NCBI RefSeq assembly: GCF_006345805.1
Contig: NC_043020.1
Span: forward strand, 6,944,001 to 7,008,000
Source: Octopus sinensis
Lineage: Eukaryota
Length of the DNA: 64,000 bases
Reading direction: 5' to 3'
A program made the position numbers and the translations under genes. The notes below the pieces were generated by a model. The model was not told the origin of the DNA and made no database searches. It saw nothing but the letters and a program-made list of their open reading frames with translations. Shown here piece after piece: positions 27,208 to 39,912 of this stretch. The stretch's first letter is position 1; every line of letters starts with the position of its first letter.

Positions 27208-27246
<39 letters not shown>

Positions 27247-27370
27247 GTGTTATATACGTATATATATATATATATACATCATGTACACATTATCAATTTG
27301 TGCATATAGATATATGTGTATAGTGTGTATATATAAATGTATGAGTGCATGTGCGCACGTGTGTGTTTGT
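25105..27370. repeat. Compound (CA/TA)n tracts with a central (GAT)n-rich block (26160-26790)
   Basis: Direct reading of the sequence. Confidence 0.93.
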
Positions 27371-27845
27371 GTACCTCTTTAGTTTATGTTTTATATAAAA
27401 TTAATTAAAACTAATTACTTTCTCAAACAGCCTCCCCCCACCACATTCCCATTCCGTAACTTCTTCCTCGTACACAAGCCCAACCCTAACCCCCTAACCC
27501 TCACCTACCCTATCCACCCCTGCAAATGATTTATGCTTCCTCTGAAGAAAACTATAAAATCTTTATGTCTTTTAATAATGGTGATTCCTTTAGCAAGAAC
27601 TCTTGCGGCTGTTGATGCAAGTGGTAACCTTTCATTTGCTGATCTGAGCTAGATAAACAGCTTCGTGTATGTTGTACACATATATGGATGCGGAATACAT
27701 AGATACATATATATACACACACACACATATATATATATATATATCAAAATATATATATATATGACAGAGATAGGGAGAGAGGGATAGAGAGAGTGAGAGA
27801 GATATGTGCATATATATAGAGACAGACAGAGAGATACATATGTGC

Positions 27846-27876
<31 letters not shown>

Positions 27877-28280
27877 GGCGCAGGAGTGGCTGTGTGGTAA
27901 GTAGCTTGCTAACCAACCACATGGTTCCGGGTTCAGTCCCACTGCATGGCATCTTGGGCACTTGGGGTTCAGCTATAGCACCGGGCCGACCAATGCCTTG
28001 TGAGTGGATTTGGTAGACGGAAACTGAAAGAAGCCTGTCCTATATATGTATATATATATATGTGTGTGTGTATGTGTGTGTGTGTGTCTGTGTTTGTCCC
28101 CCTAGCATTGCTTGACAACCGATGCTGGTGTGTTTACATCCCCGTTACTTAGCAGTTCGGCAAAAGAGACCGATAGAATAAGTACTGGGCTTACAAAAGG
28201 AATAAGTCCCAGGGTTGAGTTGCTCGATTAAAGGTGGTGCTCCAGCATAGCCGCAGTCAAATTACTGAAACAAGTAAAAG
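27877..28280 (+). mobile_element. SINE family A copy
   Basis: Colinear with the consensus; starts GGCGCAGGAGTGG right after (TA)n. Confidence 0.9.
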
Positions 28281-29004
28281 AGGAAAGAGGATATATATAT
28301 ATATATATATATGGAGAGAGAGAGAGAGGGAGAGAGATACATGTGCATATATATATATTCATATATATATATATAGTGAGAGAGAGAGACAGAGAGATGT
28401 ATATGTATAGTTATGGTGTATTCTCTTAAAAATGTTGACTCCAAATTTTTCAATTATGTATCGTGGCTGTGTGGTAAAAGACTTGATTCCTAATCACATG
28501 GTTCTGGGTTCAGTCCCATTGCAAGGCATTTTGGACAAGTGTGTTCTGCGATAGCCTCGTACCATCCAAAATTTTGTGAGTCGATCTGGTACATGAAAAC
28601 TAAAAGAAGCCCATTACGTAACACTTCTGTTCATCAATAAAAAAAATAAATGTGTCCGAAACAGCTGTAGTGATCCACAATCCCTCCGTTATTTTTTATT
28701 TCTTATCCATCACCTAACTCAGAACCAGCAATTCGTTTGTGTCTGGAATCCATAGAGTGCGGTGCAATAGGTGCAGTGAGTGTACCCATGTGTGACCTTC
28801 ATGAATTGCTATGTACTCAGTCAGTCACCTGTGAACGCATGCACAACAGGTGAACAAATCCGTGTTTAATTTAGTGAGTATGCATTTGCTTTTAGACATT
28901 GTATGCACACATTAGAGCTAACTCCGACTCAGTCTTGGTGCTTCCACTGTTCAAATACCAGATTCTTTCAAATCCTGGAAATTATATATACATATATATA
29001 TCTA

Positions 29005-29790
29005 GGCGTAGGAGTGGCTGTGTGGTAAGAAGCTTGCTTACCAACTACATGGTTCCAAGTTCAGTCCCACTGCGTGGCACCTTGGGCAAGTGTCTTCTAC
29101 TATAGCCTCAGGCCGACCAAAGCCTTCTGAGTGGATTTGGTAGATGGAAACTGAAAGAAGCTCATTGTATATATATATATGTGTGTGTGTGTATGTTTTT
29201 GTGTCTGTGTTTGTCCCCCAACATCGCTTGACAACGATGCTGGTGTGTTTACATCTCTGTCACTTAGTGGTTCGGCAAGAGAGATCAATAGAATAAGTCC
29301 TGGGGTTGATTTGCTTGACTGAAGGCGATGCCCCAGCATGGCCACAGTCAAATGACTGAAACAAATAAAAAAAAGAAAAGTATATATATATATATATATA
29401 TATAGGAGTGGCTGTGTGGTAAGTAGCTTGCTTACCAACCACATGGTTCCGGGTTCGTTCCCACTGCGTGGCACCTTGGGTAAGTGTCTTCTACTATAGC
29501 CTCGGGCCGACCAAAGCCTTGTGAGTAGATTTGGTAGACGGAACCTGAAAGAAGCCCGTCGTATATAGCATATATATATATATATATATGTGTGTTTGTG
29601 TGTCTGTGTTTGTTCCCCCAGCATCGCTTGACAACCGATGCTGGTGTGTTTACGTCCTCGCAACTTAGCGGTTCGGCAAAAGAGACCGATAGAATAAGTA
29701 CTAGGCTTACAAAGAATAAGTCCTGGGGTCGATTTGCTCGACTGAAGGCAGTGCCCCAGCATGGCCACAGTCAAATGATTGAAACAAATA
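29005..29790 (+). mobile_element. Two consecutive SINE family A copies (29005-29370, 29405-29790)
   Basis: Two complete head-to-tail units separated by (TA)n. Confidence 0.9.
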
Positions 29791-29855
29791 AAAAAGAAAA
29801 GAATATATATATATTAAGAAGATAAGAAAATAGAGGGATAATTAATAATTATTTA

Positions 29856-30173
29856 ATTAAAAAGTTAGACATCATCTCTGACAGCTGTTTCGATTCCAGA
29901 CCCTTATAAATTAATTACCATAAAACCATTTAAAAGTCGAATTCCATCAGAGTCGGCTAAAGATATACAATTAGATGTTCATGTTCCTGCTTTTTGAGTA
30001 AACGGCTCCAAACCATTAATGGTTGGAGCCATATACTCAACAAGCAACACCTAATTGTGTATCTCTAGCCAACTCTAATGAGATTCAACTTTTAAATGGT
30101 TTTAATTATGGTAACTAATTTATAAAGGTCTGGAATCGAAACAGCTGTCAGAGATGATGTCTATTTTTTTAAT
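29856..30173. repeat. About 320-bp fold-back palindrome with decayed hammerhead cores
   Basis: Arms 29856-29979 and 30046-30173 are reverse complements, with an inner palindrome at 30004-30030. Arm consensus is CTGATGA-GATTC...GAATC-GAAAC-AGCT-GTC. Confidence 0.75.
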
Positions 30174-32110
30174 ATATATAAACCATGGTCTATCTAGTTA
30201 CAGTTGAAAATTAGTTTTGATATTCAACACTTTTTAAATAGGTAACTAACCAGTATTTTCATTGGATTTTATTATCCCTTAATGTGGTTTGTAACCTTTA
30301 ATTGGACATATATATGTATATATATATATATACATATATAAATGCAGATAGTGAAACTCATCATTAATTGTAGAACTCACCTTACAAAGCTGACAATTGT
30401 TTCTGTTTATCAACATATTTAGACATGTTCCCTAGCATTGCTTGACAACCGATGCTGGTGTGTTTACATCCCCGTCACTTAGCTGTTTCGATTTTGACAG
30501 AATCCAAGGAGTCCAAGAACTGCATTCTGCCCCAGGGTCTGCCTTGGTGTTAGCAGCTGGATACTTTTCCGAACATCATCCACCTTACAGCATGTACTGG
30601 GTGCTTTTTATGTGGCACCAACACTAGTGAGGTGACCAAGTAACAGAAAAGACAAAGAAAGAACCCCAACCCCCTCGACTGAGTGGGGGTCGTAGTAGAG
30701 ATGGGGTTGGTTTTAGGTCAGGTAATGAAAGGCTAAAGTGTCACAAAAGGGCAGGAACAGGAGTCTTGCAATAGAAGAGGTACATGGTTGCACTTTGCAT
30801 TATTTAAGAGTGCGTGTGAATAGCTGGAAAGAAAATATATTTCTTTATTGCCCACAAGGGGCTAAACACAGAGGGGACAAACTAGAACAGACAAAGGGAT
30901 AAAGTCAATTGCATCAACCCCAGTGCATAACTGGTACTTACTTAATCGACACCGAAAGGATGAAAGGCAAAGTCGACCTCGGCGGAACTGGAACTCAGAA
31001 TGCAATAGCAGACGAAATACCACTAAGCATTCTACCCGGCGTGCTAACGATTCTGCCAGCTCACCAGAAATGTTAATGATGAGGTGTCAGAGCATAGCTT
31101 CAAGGTACAAGTATATACTATTGAAAGCCTTCTAAGCTGCAGTATTTGTCTCGAGAAAGTATCCCTTATAGACATACATTGTTAAAAAACACAGAACTAT
31201 ATCAGTAGCAGACAAAATTCATCCAGTAACAGTGACATAACTAAATCCAGATTTCTGCTTGTTTGAGCTTCATCAGAAGCAAGTACCCAAAGGCACCACA
31301 GTTATCCATTGGCAACAGTTTTATTGAGCCTGCCAGCTAAATGCAAGACTAGTGACCTTTCAATCACTGTTTAAAAATTGTCAGCTAGCAGCCAATTTTT
31401 GCTTAGTATGCTTTTGTATAACTTGTACCATAACTATTGCCTTTTACTCTTCTTCCTCTATTATTTTTTCCATCTCAGTGTCTGTGTATCTGTGAGGGCG
31501 TGTGCAATGCATTCTTTTAATCATTGCCTGCCACCAAGCCTAGTATGTACACTCCTCTGCATTTTTTTTTTTGTGTTAACACTCTTTCTATATAATACAA
31601 AACATGTCTGTAGAAAGCAACCAACTAATGTTTTATATCGACTATTATTACAATATGTCAGTATGACCAGCTGGTCCATTACACAGATATCCTCACACTC
31701 AAAGTTTATAGCCACAACATGGCAGTAAAAAGAAAAAACTCTGTAAACGGCATAGAACATTTTCAGTTTTAGCCAAAAAAAAAAAAAAAAAGAACTGTTT
31801 TATTTAATCAAAGAACATAAAATTTGTCGGAATAATTTTTCCAATTAGACAAAAAAAAATCATTTTAATTAATAATTAATAAAATTCATGAATTTATTTA
31901 TTTTATTCATAATATATTATCATTTTCATCGTTTGCTACAGAATAAACAACAACAAAAAAAATATAATTTCTTGCACACAAGCAGGATTCTAACAATTTT
32001 GGCAGTCCATTATTATTCCAAATCAAATTCATTCTTTCAATAAAAAAATACAAAACAAAAAAGTGTATATATATATGTGTGTGTGTGTTTGTACATGTGT
32101 ATATTTCTAA

Positions 32111-32263
32111 ATAGCAGTTTGACCCAGCTCCATATGACTAAGTTTCATGTGCATGTAGTAGACACCAGTCTCATCAGACGATGCTCCAAGCATCTGATGA
32201 AACTAATGTGTCCTATGCATTCAAGAAACTTTTAAGTCATGTGGAGCTGAGTGAAGCCACTAT
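32111..32263. repeat. Degenerate palindrome with CTGATGA...GAAAC...GTC on both strands
   Basis: Arms of about 75 bp around atgct-cca-agcat. Cores at 32194-32200 (+) and 32177-32171 (-). Confidence 0.6.
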
Positions 32264-32863
32264 TAAAAATATATATAACTCCTAAAAAAATGTATTGAGT
32301 GCTACTTTTTGTTTATTCACTCAACTATATGTGGATGTTTGTGTGATTTTCATTTAATTTTTCTTCTTTTTCACTAGAATTTGTGGGTCTTTATTCCTGC
32401 AGTTTTTGTCACCAAAACCTATGAAATATTTAAGAGGTAATGAACCCTTTTGAATTAATCCCTTCCAATCCCTAAAACAAATAAATAAAAAAAAAGAAAA
32501 ACTCCATAATCTTATATAGTTATTTATTGGTTCATAAATTAATTAAGATAATTATCACCTGAATAATTTGTACACAGGTGAGACACTCTGAACAGCAATA
32601 GTAGAGGAACTCGTCAGAATGACAGTGTGTGTGTGTGTGTGTGTGTGCGCGTGCGTGTGTGTGTGTCCCTGTAGGTGTAAGAATGGGCATATGGTTAAGC
32701 TGCTTGCTTCTCAAAGACTTGCCACCAACACCCCACCTGGAATTAGACGATTTGGCATGGCTGACCGGACATTCAACTTCCTGTTGTGGAAACAGTACTG
32801 TTTGGCACTGGAAGCAAACTCACTCTCACACACACACACACACACACAGAAATATATGCTTAC

Positions 32864-32934
<71 letters not shown>

Positions 32935-32940
<6 letters not shown>

Positions 32941-33132
32941 TTACAATTAATTGAACTCAACTGACAAACACATTCCTGCTCCTTATGTGCATAAAAAGAA
33001 ATATGCTCTCATACATAAACAGAGAGAGAGAAAGAGAAAGGAAGAGTCATTAAAATTTATTAATTGAACATAATTAACAAACACTTACCCGGTCTCTTTA
33101 TAAACAAAGAGAAATATTGTCACATACACACA

Positions 33133-33167
<35 letters not shown>

Positions 33168-33495
33168 GAGAGAGACAGACAGACAGACACTAATGGAGAG
33201 AGAGACAGACAGACAGACACTAATGGAGAGACAGACAGACAGAAAAAGAGAGTAGAAAGGGAGGAAGAGAGATTACAATCTGTTAATTGAACACAACTGA
33301 CAAACGTTTTCTTTCTCCTCAGACTCAAAAAGAAATATGCTGACATACACAGAGAGGGGGAGAGGAGAGGGGAGAGAGACATTATGATACATTAATTGAA
33401 CAGAAATGATAAACACTTCTCTCTTCAGATGCATAAAAAGAGATAAGGGGAGGGAAACAAGAGACATAAGGTGGGAGGGAGGGAGGGAGATAACG

Positions 33496-33547
<52 letters not shown>

Positions 33548-33751
33548 CAGACAGACAGATTACAATTAATTGAACTCAACTGACAAACACATTCCTGCTC
33601 CTTATGTGCATAAAAAGAAATATGCTCTCATACATAAACAGAGAGAGAGAAAGAGAAAGGAAGAGTCATTAAAATTTATTAATTGAACATAATTAACAAA
33701 CACTTACCCGGTCTCTTTATAAACAAAGAGAAATATTGTCACATACACACA

Positions 33752-33786
<35 letters not shown>

Positions 33787-34110
33787 GAGAGAGACAGACA
33801 GACAGACAGACACTAATGGAGAGAGAGACAGACAGACAGACACTAATGGAGAGACAGACAGACAGAAAAAGAGAGTAGAAAGGGAGGAAGAGAGATTACA
33901 ATCTGTTAATTGAACACAACTGACAAACGTTTTCTTTCTCCTCAGACTCAAAAAGAAATATGCTGACATACACAGAGAGGGAGAGGAGAGGGGAGAGAGA
34001 CATTATGATACATTAATTGAACAGAAATGATAAACACTTCTCTCTTCAGATGCATAAAAAGAGATAAGGGGAGGGAAACAAGAGACATAAGGTGGGAGGG
34101 AGGGAGGGAG

Positions 34111-34190
<80 letters not shown>
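32935..34190. repeat. Tandem duplication of an about 620-bp unit
   Basis: gattacaattaattgaactcaactgac recurs at about 32940 and 33559; the copies differ essentially only in microsatellite length. Confidence 0.92.
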
Positions 34191-34350
34191 ATTAAGATAT
34201 TTGAAGCCAAATAAGTCAACATTGAATCCTTGATGCCAAAACGGGCAGCACCAAAACAGCTGTGCCAATACGTCTCATATCCATTCTTACTTCCAAGAAC
34301 AAATTGTAGAATTTGGAAATAGGACATAAGAGACGAATCTCTTTCTCATA

Positions 34351-34382
<32 letters not shown>

Positions 34383-34520
34383 TGTGTGTATGTGTGTGTG
34401 TGTGTGTGTGTGGTGTGTGTATGTGTGTGTGTGTGTGTATTTTTAATAGTAATGGTATGGCAACAAGAGGATGATTGAGGCCTCGATATTATGTAAATAG
34501 AGGAATTTATCTGTAATATA

Positions 34521-34699
34521 TGTGACAATTATTTGAATGCCATAATAAAACTCAGAGTTTCGGATGTCGAGGTGGAAATCTGCTCCGGCATCTCATCAGT
34601 TATCAAGAAGGCCTTGATAACTGATGAGATGCCGGAGCAGATTTCTGCCCTGACATCTGAAACTTGGAGTTTTATTATGGCAACCGAATAATTGTCACA
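34521..34699. ncRNA. Fold-back palindrome with a hammerhead core on each strand (Penelope-like terminal-repeat type)
   Basis: Arms of about 87 bp, the inner 33 bp perfect, with a 5-nt loop. Each strand reads TTGATAA-CTGATGA-GATG...CATC(C/T)-GAAAC-N5-GTT-TTATTA. Confidence 0.6.
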
Positions 34700-34707
34700 T
34701 ATTATAT

Positions 34708-34751
<44 letters not shown>

Positions 34752-34929
34752 CACATATATATATATATAGATACATGTGTGTGTGTGTGCATATGTGTTG
34801 AAACTGTCTGTTGTGTCACTCTACCATCTGTAAATGAATAAATAAAATTTAAATATTTTAATTTGTTCCTAATTTTGTTGCAATAAATATATTTAACAAC
34901 ATTCAGATATCATAATTAGTTCCATTTTT

Positions 34930-37691
34930 CTTTGACTTGTTTTCCCTGCTTTTATTTTTTTTTTCCTATGATTTTTTTTTTAAGGTTTAATATTTGCAAA
35001 AACTTAAGGATCTAACCTGCGACTGCAAAGAAAGGGTCAAAAAAAAAAAAAAAGTAACTTTCTTTTTCTGTGTTTTCCTTTCAACCAAAAAGAAATTGTC
35101 ACACTCAATAATGACGATGATGTTGATGATGATGATGATGACTGATAATTGTGAGTGATGATGATGATAGTGATTGTTGTTGTTGTTGTGGTGCATTTGC
35201 AACTGCAAAAAAAAAAAAAAGCCAACTACAACAGCAACGGCAGCAGCAGCAATAACCTGAGAGAATTCAAAGACAATTCAAAGAATGCGATGAGAGTTTT
35301 AATAAATATATCCAGGCAAACGTATATAGTAGTAGCAGAGATGGAGAGAAAATAGTCTTTTTGATGAGTTCAGACACTGACCGACTGACTGACCGGTCAA
35401 CCAACCAGCAACCCGGGACAAAAAAAAAAAAAAAAAAAATTTCCATTTTATTAAATTTTTGTCATACCCTTTTTTTTTTTTTTTACATTTTGCTAATATT
35501 TTTTTTTAAAGGAAAGTGGGGGGTGGAGAGTAACGAGGTGGTGGATGGGTTTTTTATTAGTAGTGGCAGGAAGAGAAGGAAGAGGAGGAGGAGGAGTTCA
35601 TTTTGAAAGACAAAAATGATCAAAGATTGCAATATTTAAATTTGCTTTTTTTTTTTTCTCTTTTGTTTTTCTTTTCAAACCTACAACAACAGCAAAAAAA
35701 AAAAAATATTTGCAATAATGCAACAATGAAAACAAAAAGCAGTTATTGGCTAAAATTTAGCACTGAAATAAGTCTAAAAATGGCTAAATCATTGATTTTA
35801 TTACTATTTATTATTATCATCATCATCGTTATTATTGCTATTATTATTATTATTACAATCACCATCATAGTCAGACTAATTATCATTCTAATCTTGTCTT
35901 CTATTATTTCCCTTAATAACTTAAGAATTTCTCAATTTTTTCCTTTTTTTTTCTTTCTAGCAAATAACCCATCAATATTTCTGAAGGTATCTTCCGTATC
36001 ACAGTTAATCTATGGCTAATGTTACAGTTGCTAGCTCTGACACTATCACTGATAATCTGTGGCTACATTATTGATGCTAGCTATGACACTATCACATAAT
36101 CTGTGGCTACGTTACTGATGCTAGCTCTGACACTATCACCGATAATCTGTGGCTACGTTATTGATGCTAGCTCTGACACTATCACCGATAATCTGTGGCT
36201 ACGTTATTGATGCTAGCTCTGACACTATCACTGATAATCTGTGGCTACGTTATTGATGCTAGCTCTGACACTATCACTGATAATCTGTGGCTACATTATT
36301 GATGCTAGCTCTGACACTATCACCGATAATCTGTGGCTACGTTATTGATGCTAGCTCTGACACTATCACCGATAATCTGTGGCTATGTTATTGATGCTAG
36401 CTCTGACACTATCATCGATAATCTGTGGCTACGTTATTGATGCTAGCTCTGACACTATCACTGATAATCTGTGGCTACGTTATTGATGCTAGCTCTGACA
36501 CTATCACCGATAATCTGTGGCTACATTATCGACGCTAGCTCTGACACTATCACTGATAATCTGTGGCTACGTTATTGATGCTAGCTCTGACACTATCACT
36601 GATAATCTGTGGCTATGTTATTGATGCTAGCTCTGACACTATCACTGATAATCTGTGGCTACATTATTGATGCTAGCTCTGACACTATCACTGATAATCT
36701 GTGGCTACGTTATTGATGCTAGCTCTGACACTATCACCGATAATCTGTGGCTACGTTATCGACGCTAGCTCTGACACTATCACTGATAATCTGTGGCTAC
36801 ATTATTGATGCTAGCTCTGACACTATCACTGATAATCTGTGGCTACGTTATTGATGCTAGCTCTGACACTATCACTGATAATCTGTGGCTACATTATTGA
36901 TGCTAGCTCTGACACTATCACTGATAATCTGTGGCTACATTATTGATGCTAGCTCTGACACAATAACAAATAATCTGTGGCTACATTATTGATGCTAGCT
37001 CTGACATAATTGTACCACTGCTTATCTGTGGCTACATTATAAATGCTAGCTCTGTGGCTATGTTATGGAGATAACATCTCACATGACCGATATCACAGTA
37101 GACCGACAGCCAGATAATAATTCATAAATGATATAGATGGGATATCAGGCTTCCTCTGTGTGGCTGAGGTCTGGCTGATGATGATGATGATGGCATCATT
37201 ATAAATAAACTTAAAATATATTGCTTATTGTGTTCATGTTTTACTTATTGAGAGAAAAGTTTTCAGTTTTATCCTAATTCCATGGACTCTAGTACTTAAT
37301 TTGTACTTCATTTCATTGACCTCAAAAGGAAGAAAGGCAAACTCGACAGTGGCAGGAACTGAACTCAGAACGTGAAGGGTGGAAGGAATGCCAATAAGCA
37401 TTTTGTCCAATGTGTAAATGAGTCAGCCAAACCACCATTCTAATAATAATAATAATAATAATAATAGTAATGGGTTCAACTTTTGGCACAAGGCCAGCAA
37501 CTTTGGGGAAAAGATAAGTTACACTGACCCCAGTGCGCAACTGGTATTTATTTTATCATCTCCTGGAAGGATGAAAGGCAAAGTCAACCTTGGCGGAATT
37601 TGAACTCAAAACATAGCAGCAGATGAAATGCCACTAAGCATTTCACCCGGTGTGCTAACATTTCAGCCAACTCGCCACCTTAATAATAATA

Positions 37692-37728
<37 letters not shown>

Positions 37729-39505
37729 TCTTTCTGGAATTTGTGGAGAAGGGGAGAGTTGATCACATTGACCTGGTACTCATTTCATTGACCCCCAAAA
37801 AGATGAAAGGCAAAGTTGACCTCAGCAGAATTTGAACCCAGAATGTAAAGACGGATGAGAGGCCATGAAGCATATGCCTGACATGCTAACGATTCTGCCA
37901 TCTTGTCGCCTTAATAATAATAATATTAATAATAATAATAATAACAAAGAAATCAGAAGAACCAAACATAAAGGATTGATTGTGTAAAGCAGATTTAGTG
38001 TTTAATGACCTCGTAGATTCAAAAATGGTAAAATGCAGATTCTTCAGAAATATTTTTTTTAAGACATTAAATAACCCCTAAAGCTCAGCTTCATAAAGGA
38101 AGCAACACACATTTTGTTTTGGTGTAAGAGTGTGTTTCGACAACAAACAGATGTTGTCTTTACAGATACGACTTAAAGCTCCATTTCAAAAGAACAAACA
38201 GAATTTCTAGGAACCATACCTAAAGACTCATTCTGGAAAACGATTAACAAATATTCAGACTGCACTCTCTCTCTCCTGGTTCGGATCAAATTCTTGTTAC
38301 TTCATTAAAAAAAAAATAAATAAAATAAAAATAAAAAGAAAGAAAACGGTAATGTTGCCAAAATAGCACAAATATAGAATTTACCAAACTGTCACAGACA
38401 GCATTAGACATTATTCCATGCACCTTAGCTCGGGATCTTCAAGTAATGGGGAAAAGAAAAGCAAGAATTTTCAAAATTCTGAGTCCTCTGAGAAGTGACG
38501 GTGGTAAGTGTTGACGGACAGCAAAAAAATGTGATGGTCAAGAAAGTTGTGATGACACTTAGTAAAGAAGTAATGACAGTCAGCAAAGGGGTGATGACAG
38601 CTGGCAGAGGGGTGATGGTGGTTGGCAAATAAGTGATGACAGCCGGTAAAGTGTTGACGACACCGATCAGTAAAGGGGTGGTGACAATAGCCGGTAAAGC
38701 GGTGACACTGGTCAGTAATGAAATGGTGATGGTTGTTAATGAAGTGATGACGGCCAGTAACTATGCGATAAGTCGGTAAAGGAGTGATGACAATTTGTTA
38801 AATACCAGAGTCTAAATGGCAATGACAGGCTTAAATGGTGATGACAAGCGTGTCAAGAGATGATGGACAAGTCTGTTTAAGATGTGATGACGAGTCTGTT
38901 AAATGATGACAGAAGACGGAGGAGCTGTCATGGCAATTCTAAAATATCACGGGACATGGTTAGGTCAGACCATTCATCTCTCTTTAGCAACATGGAGGGA
39001 TCGTTGGCGCCACGGTTACCACAATACGATGACAGACAGACCATTAGTCATGTCATAGCAAGCAGCAAGAGAAATTGAAAATTTCCAAGGAGAAAAAAAA
39101 CCAAAAAAAAAACATTTCATCATTCGTTGGCAGTGGGGGTGGGCATGGTGAGATTTTTCATTTTCCTTTCAGAGCAAAAATCAATAAAGGAAAAAAAAAA
39201 GGACTCAGAACATAAAGAAAAAGGGAAGGTTAAGGGTGGGGATAGTTCATACATAGTTCTAGTAGTAGCGGTGGTGGTGCTGGTGGTGGTAATAGCCATT
39301 GTGGTGGTTGTAGTAGTGGTAATACTGCAGTGGTGGTGATGGTGGCGAGAGAAATACAAGCAGTAGTAGGGGCTGTGGTAATAGTGTGGAGGTGGTGGTG
39401 GTGGTGGTTGTAATGAAGGTGGCGTAGATGGTAGGTAGGTGGGTGGGTGGGTGGGTAGAGAAACGATTGAACAAGAGGAGCAGGGTGGGTGGGTGGGGGG
39501 TTGTT
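34930..39505 (-). other. Putative long 3' UTR of the PP2A B'' gene
   Basis: Directly follows the stop codon; mostly unique sequence with poly-U/poly-A runs. AATAAA on the minus strand at 34956-34951 is followed by U-rich sequence. The 3' end is inferred only. Confidence 0.4.
36030..37060. repeat. 46-bp minisatellite, about 22 units
   Basis: Unit GCTAGCTCTGACACTATCAC(T/C)GATAATCTGTGGCTAC(G/A)TTATTGAT; one unit is 44 nt. Confidence 0.97.
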
Positions 39506-39665
39506 CTAGAAATGCAGATCCCCGTTCCTGAAGTAATAAGGGTCACAGATATTGGACGTCGTTCTTGGCATCGAAGATCTCTGTCGGAGGAACTCACTGC
39601 CGGGACTAACGAGTTCTTCTTGGATGGAATCTTCGTCGTCAGGCTCAAAGTCGTCTTCGTAATTA
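39506..39665 (-). CDS. PPP2R3A/B: PP2A B'' terminal coding exon: NYEDDFEPDDEDSIQEELVSPGSEFLRQRSSMPRTTSNICDPYYFRNGDLHF*
   Basis: Strong polypyrimidine acceptor (ccttctttctctttccgttctgcag). AT+T restores the frame from the previous exon across a 16.5 kb intron. Acidic EDDFE segment as in B'' C-tails; TAG at 39508-39506. Confidence 0.85.
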
Positions 39666-39912
39666 CTGCAGAACGGAAAGAGAAAGAAGGAGAAGATACG
39701 GTCAGTCATTTTGGCACCAAAGACACAAAGAATATAATTTCAAAAAAAAGGGGTTGAGAGAAATAATGCAAAGTATGAATAAAAGACAAATACAGGGATA
39801 TTAAATACCATACAACATAAATTCTGGATTAATGGTGCCAGTAAAGAAAAGGAGAAGCTTATTGTTTGGAAATAAGGGGACAGATATAAACATGTTTAGT
39901 GTGTATTTAAGG

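Noticed and set aside
36030-37060. CRISPR-like regular array
   Set aside because: Units are contiguous with no unique spacers, the context is eukaryotic and there are no cas genes; it is a minisatellite.
36030-37060. 12-bp match CTATCACTGATA to the tetO operator core, suggesting a synthetic construct
   Set aside because: The flanking tetO bases do not match, the units show natural divergence and there is no vector sequence; treated as coincidence.
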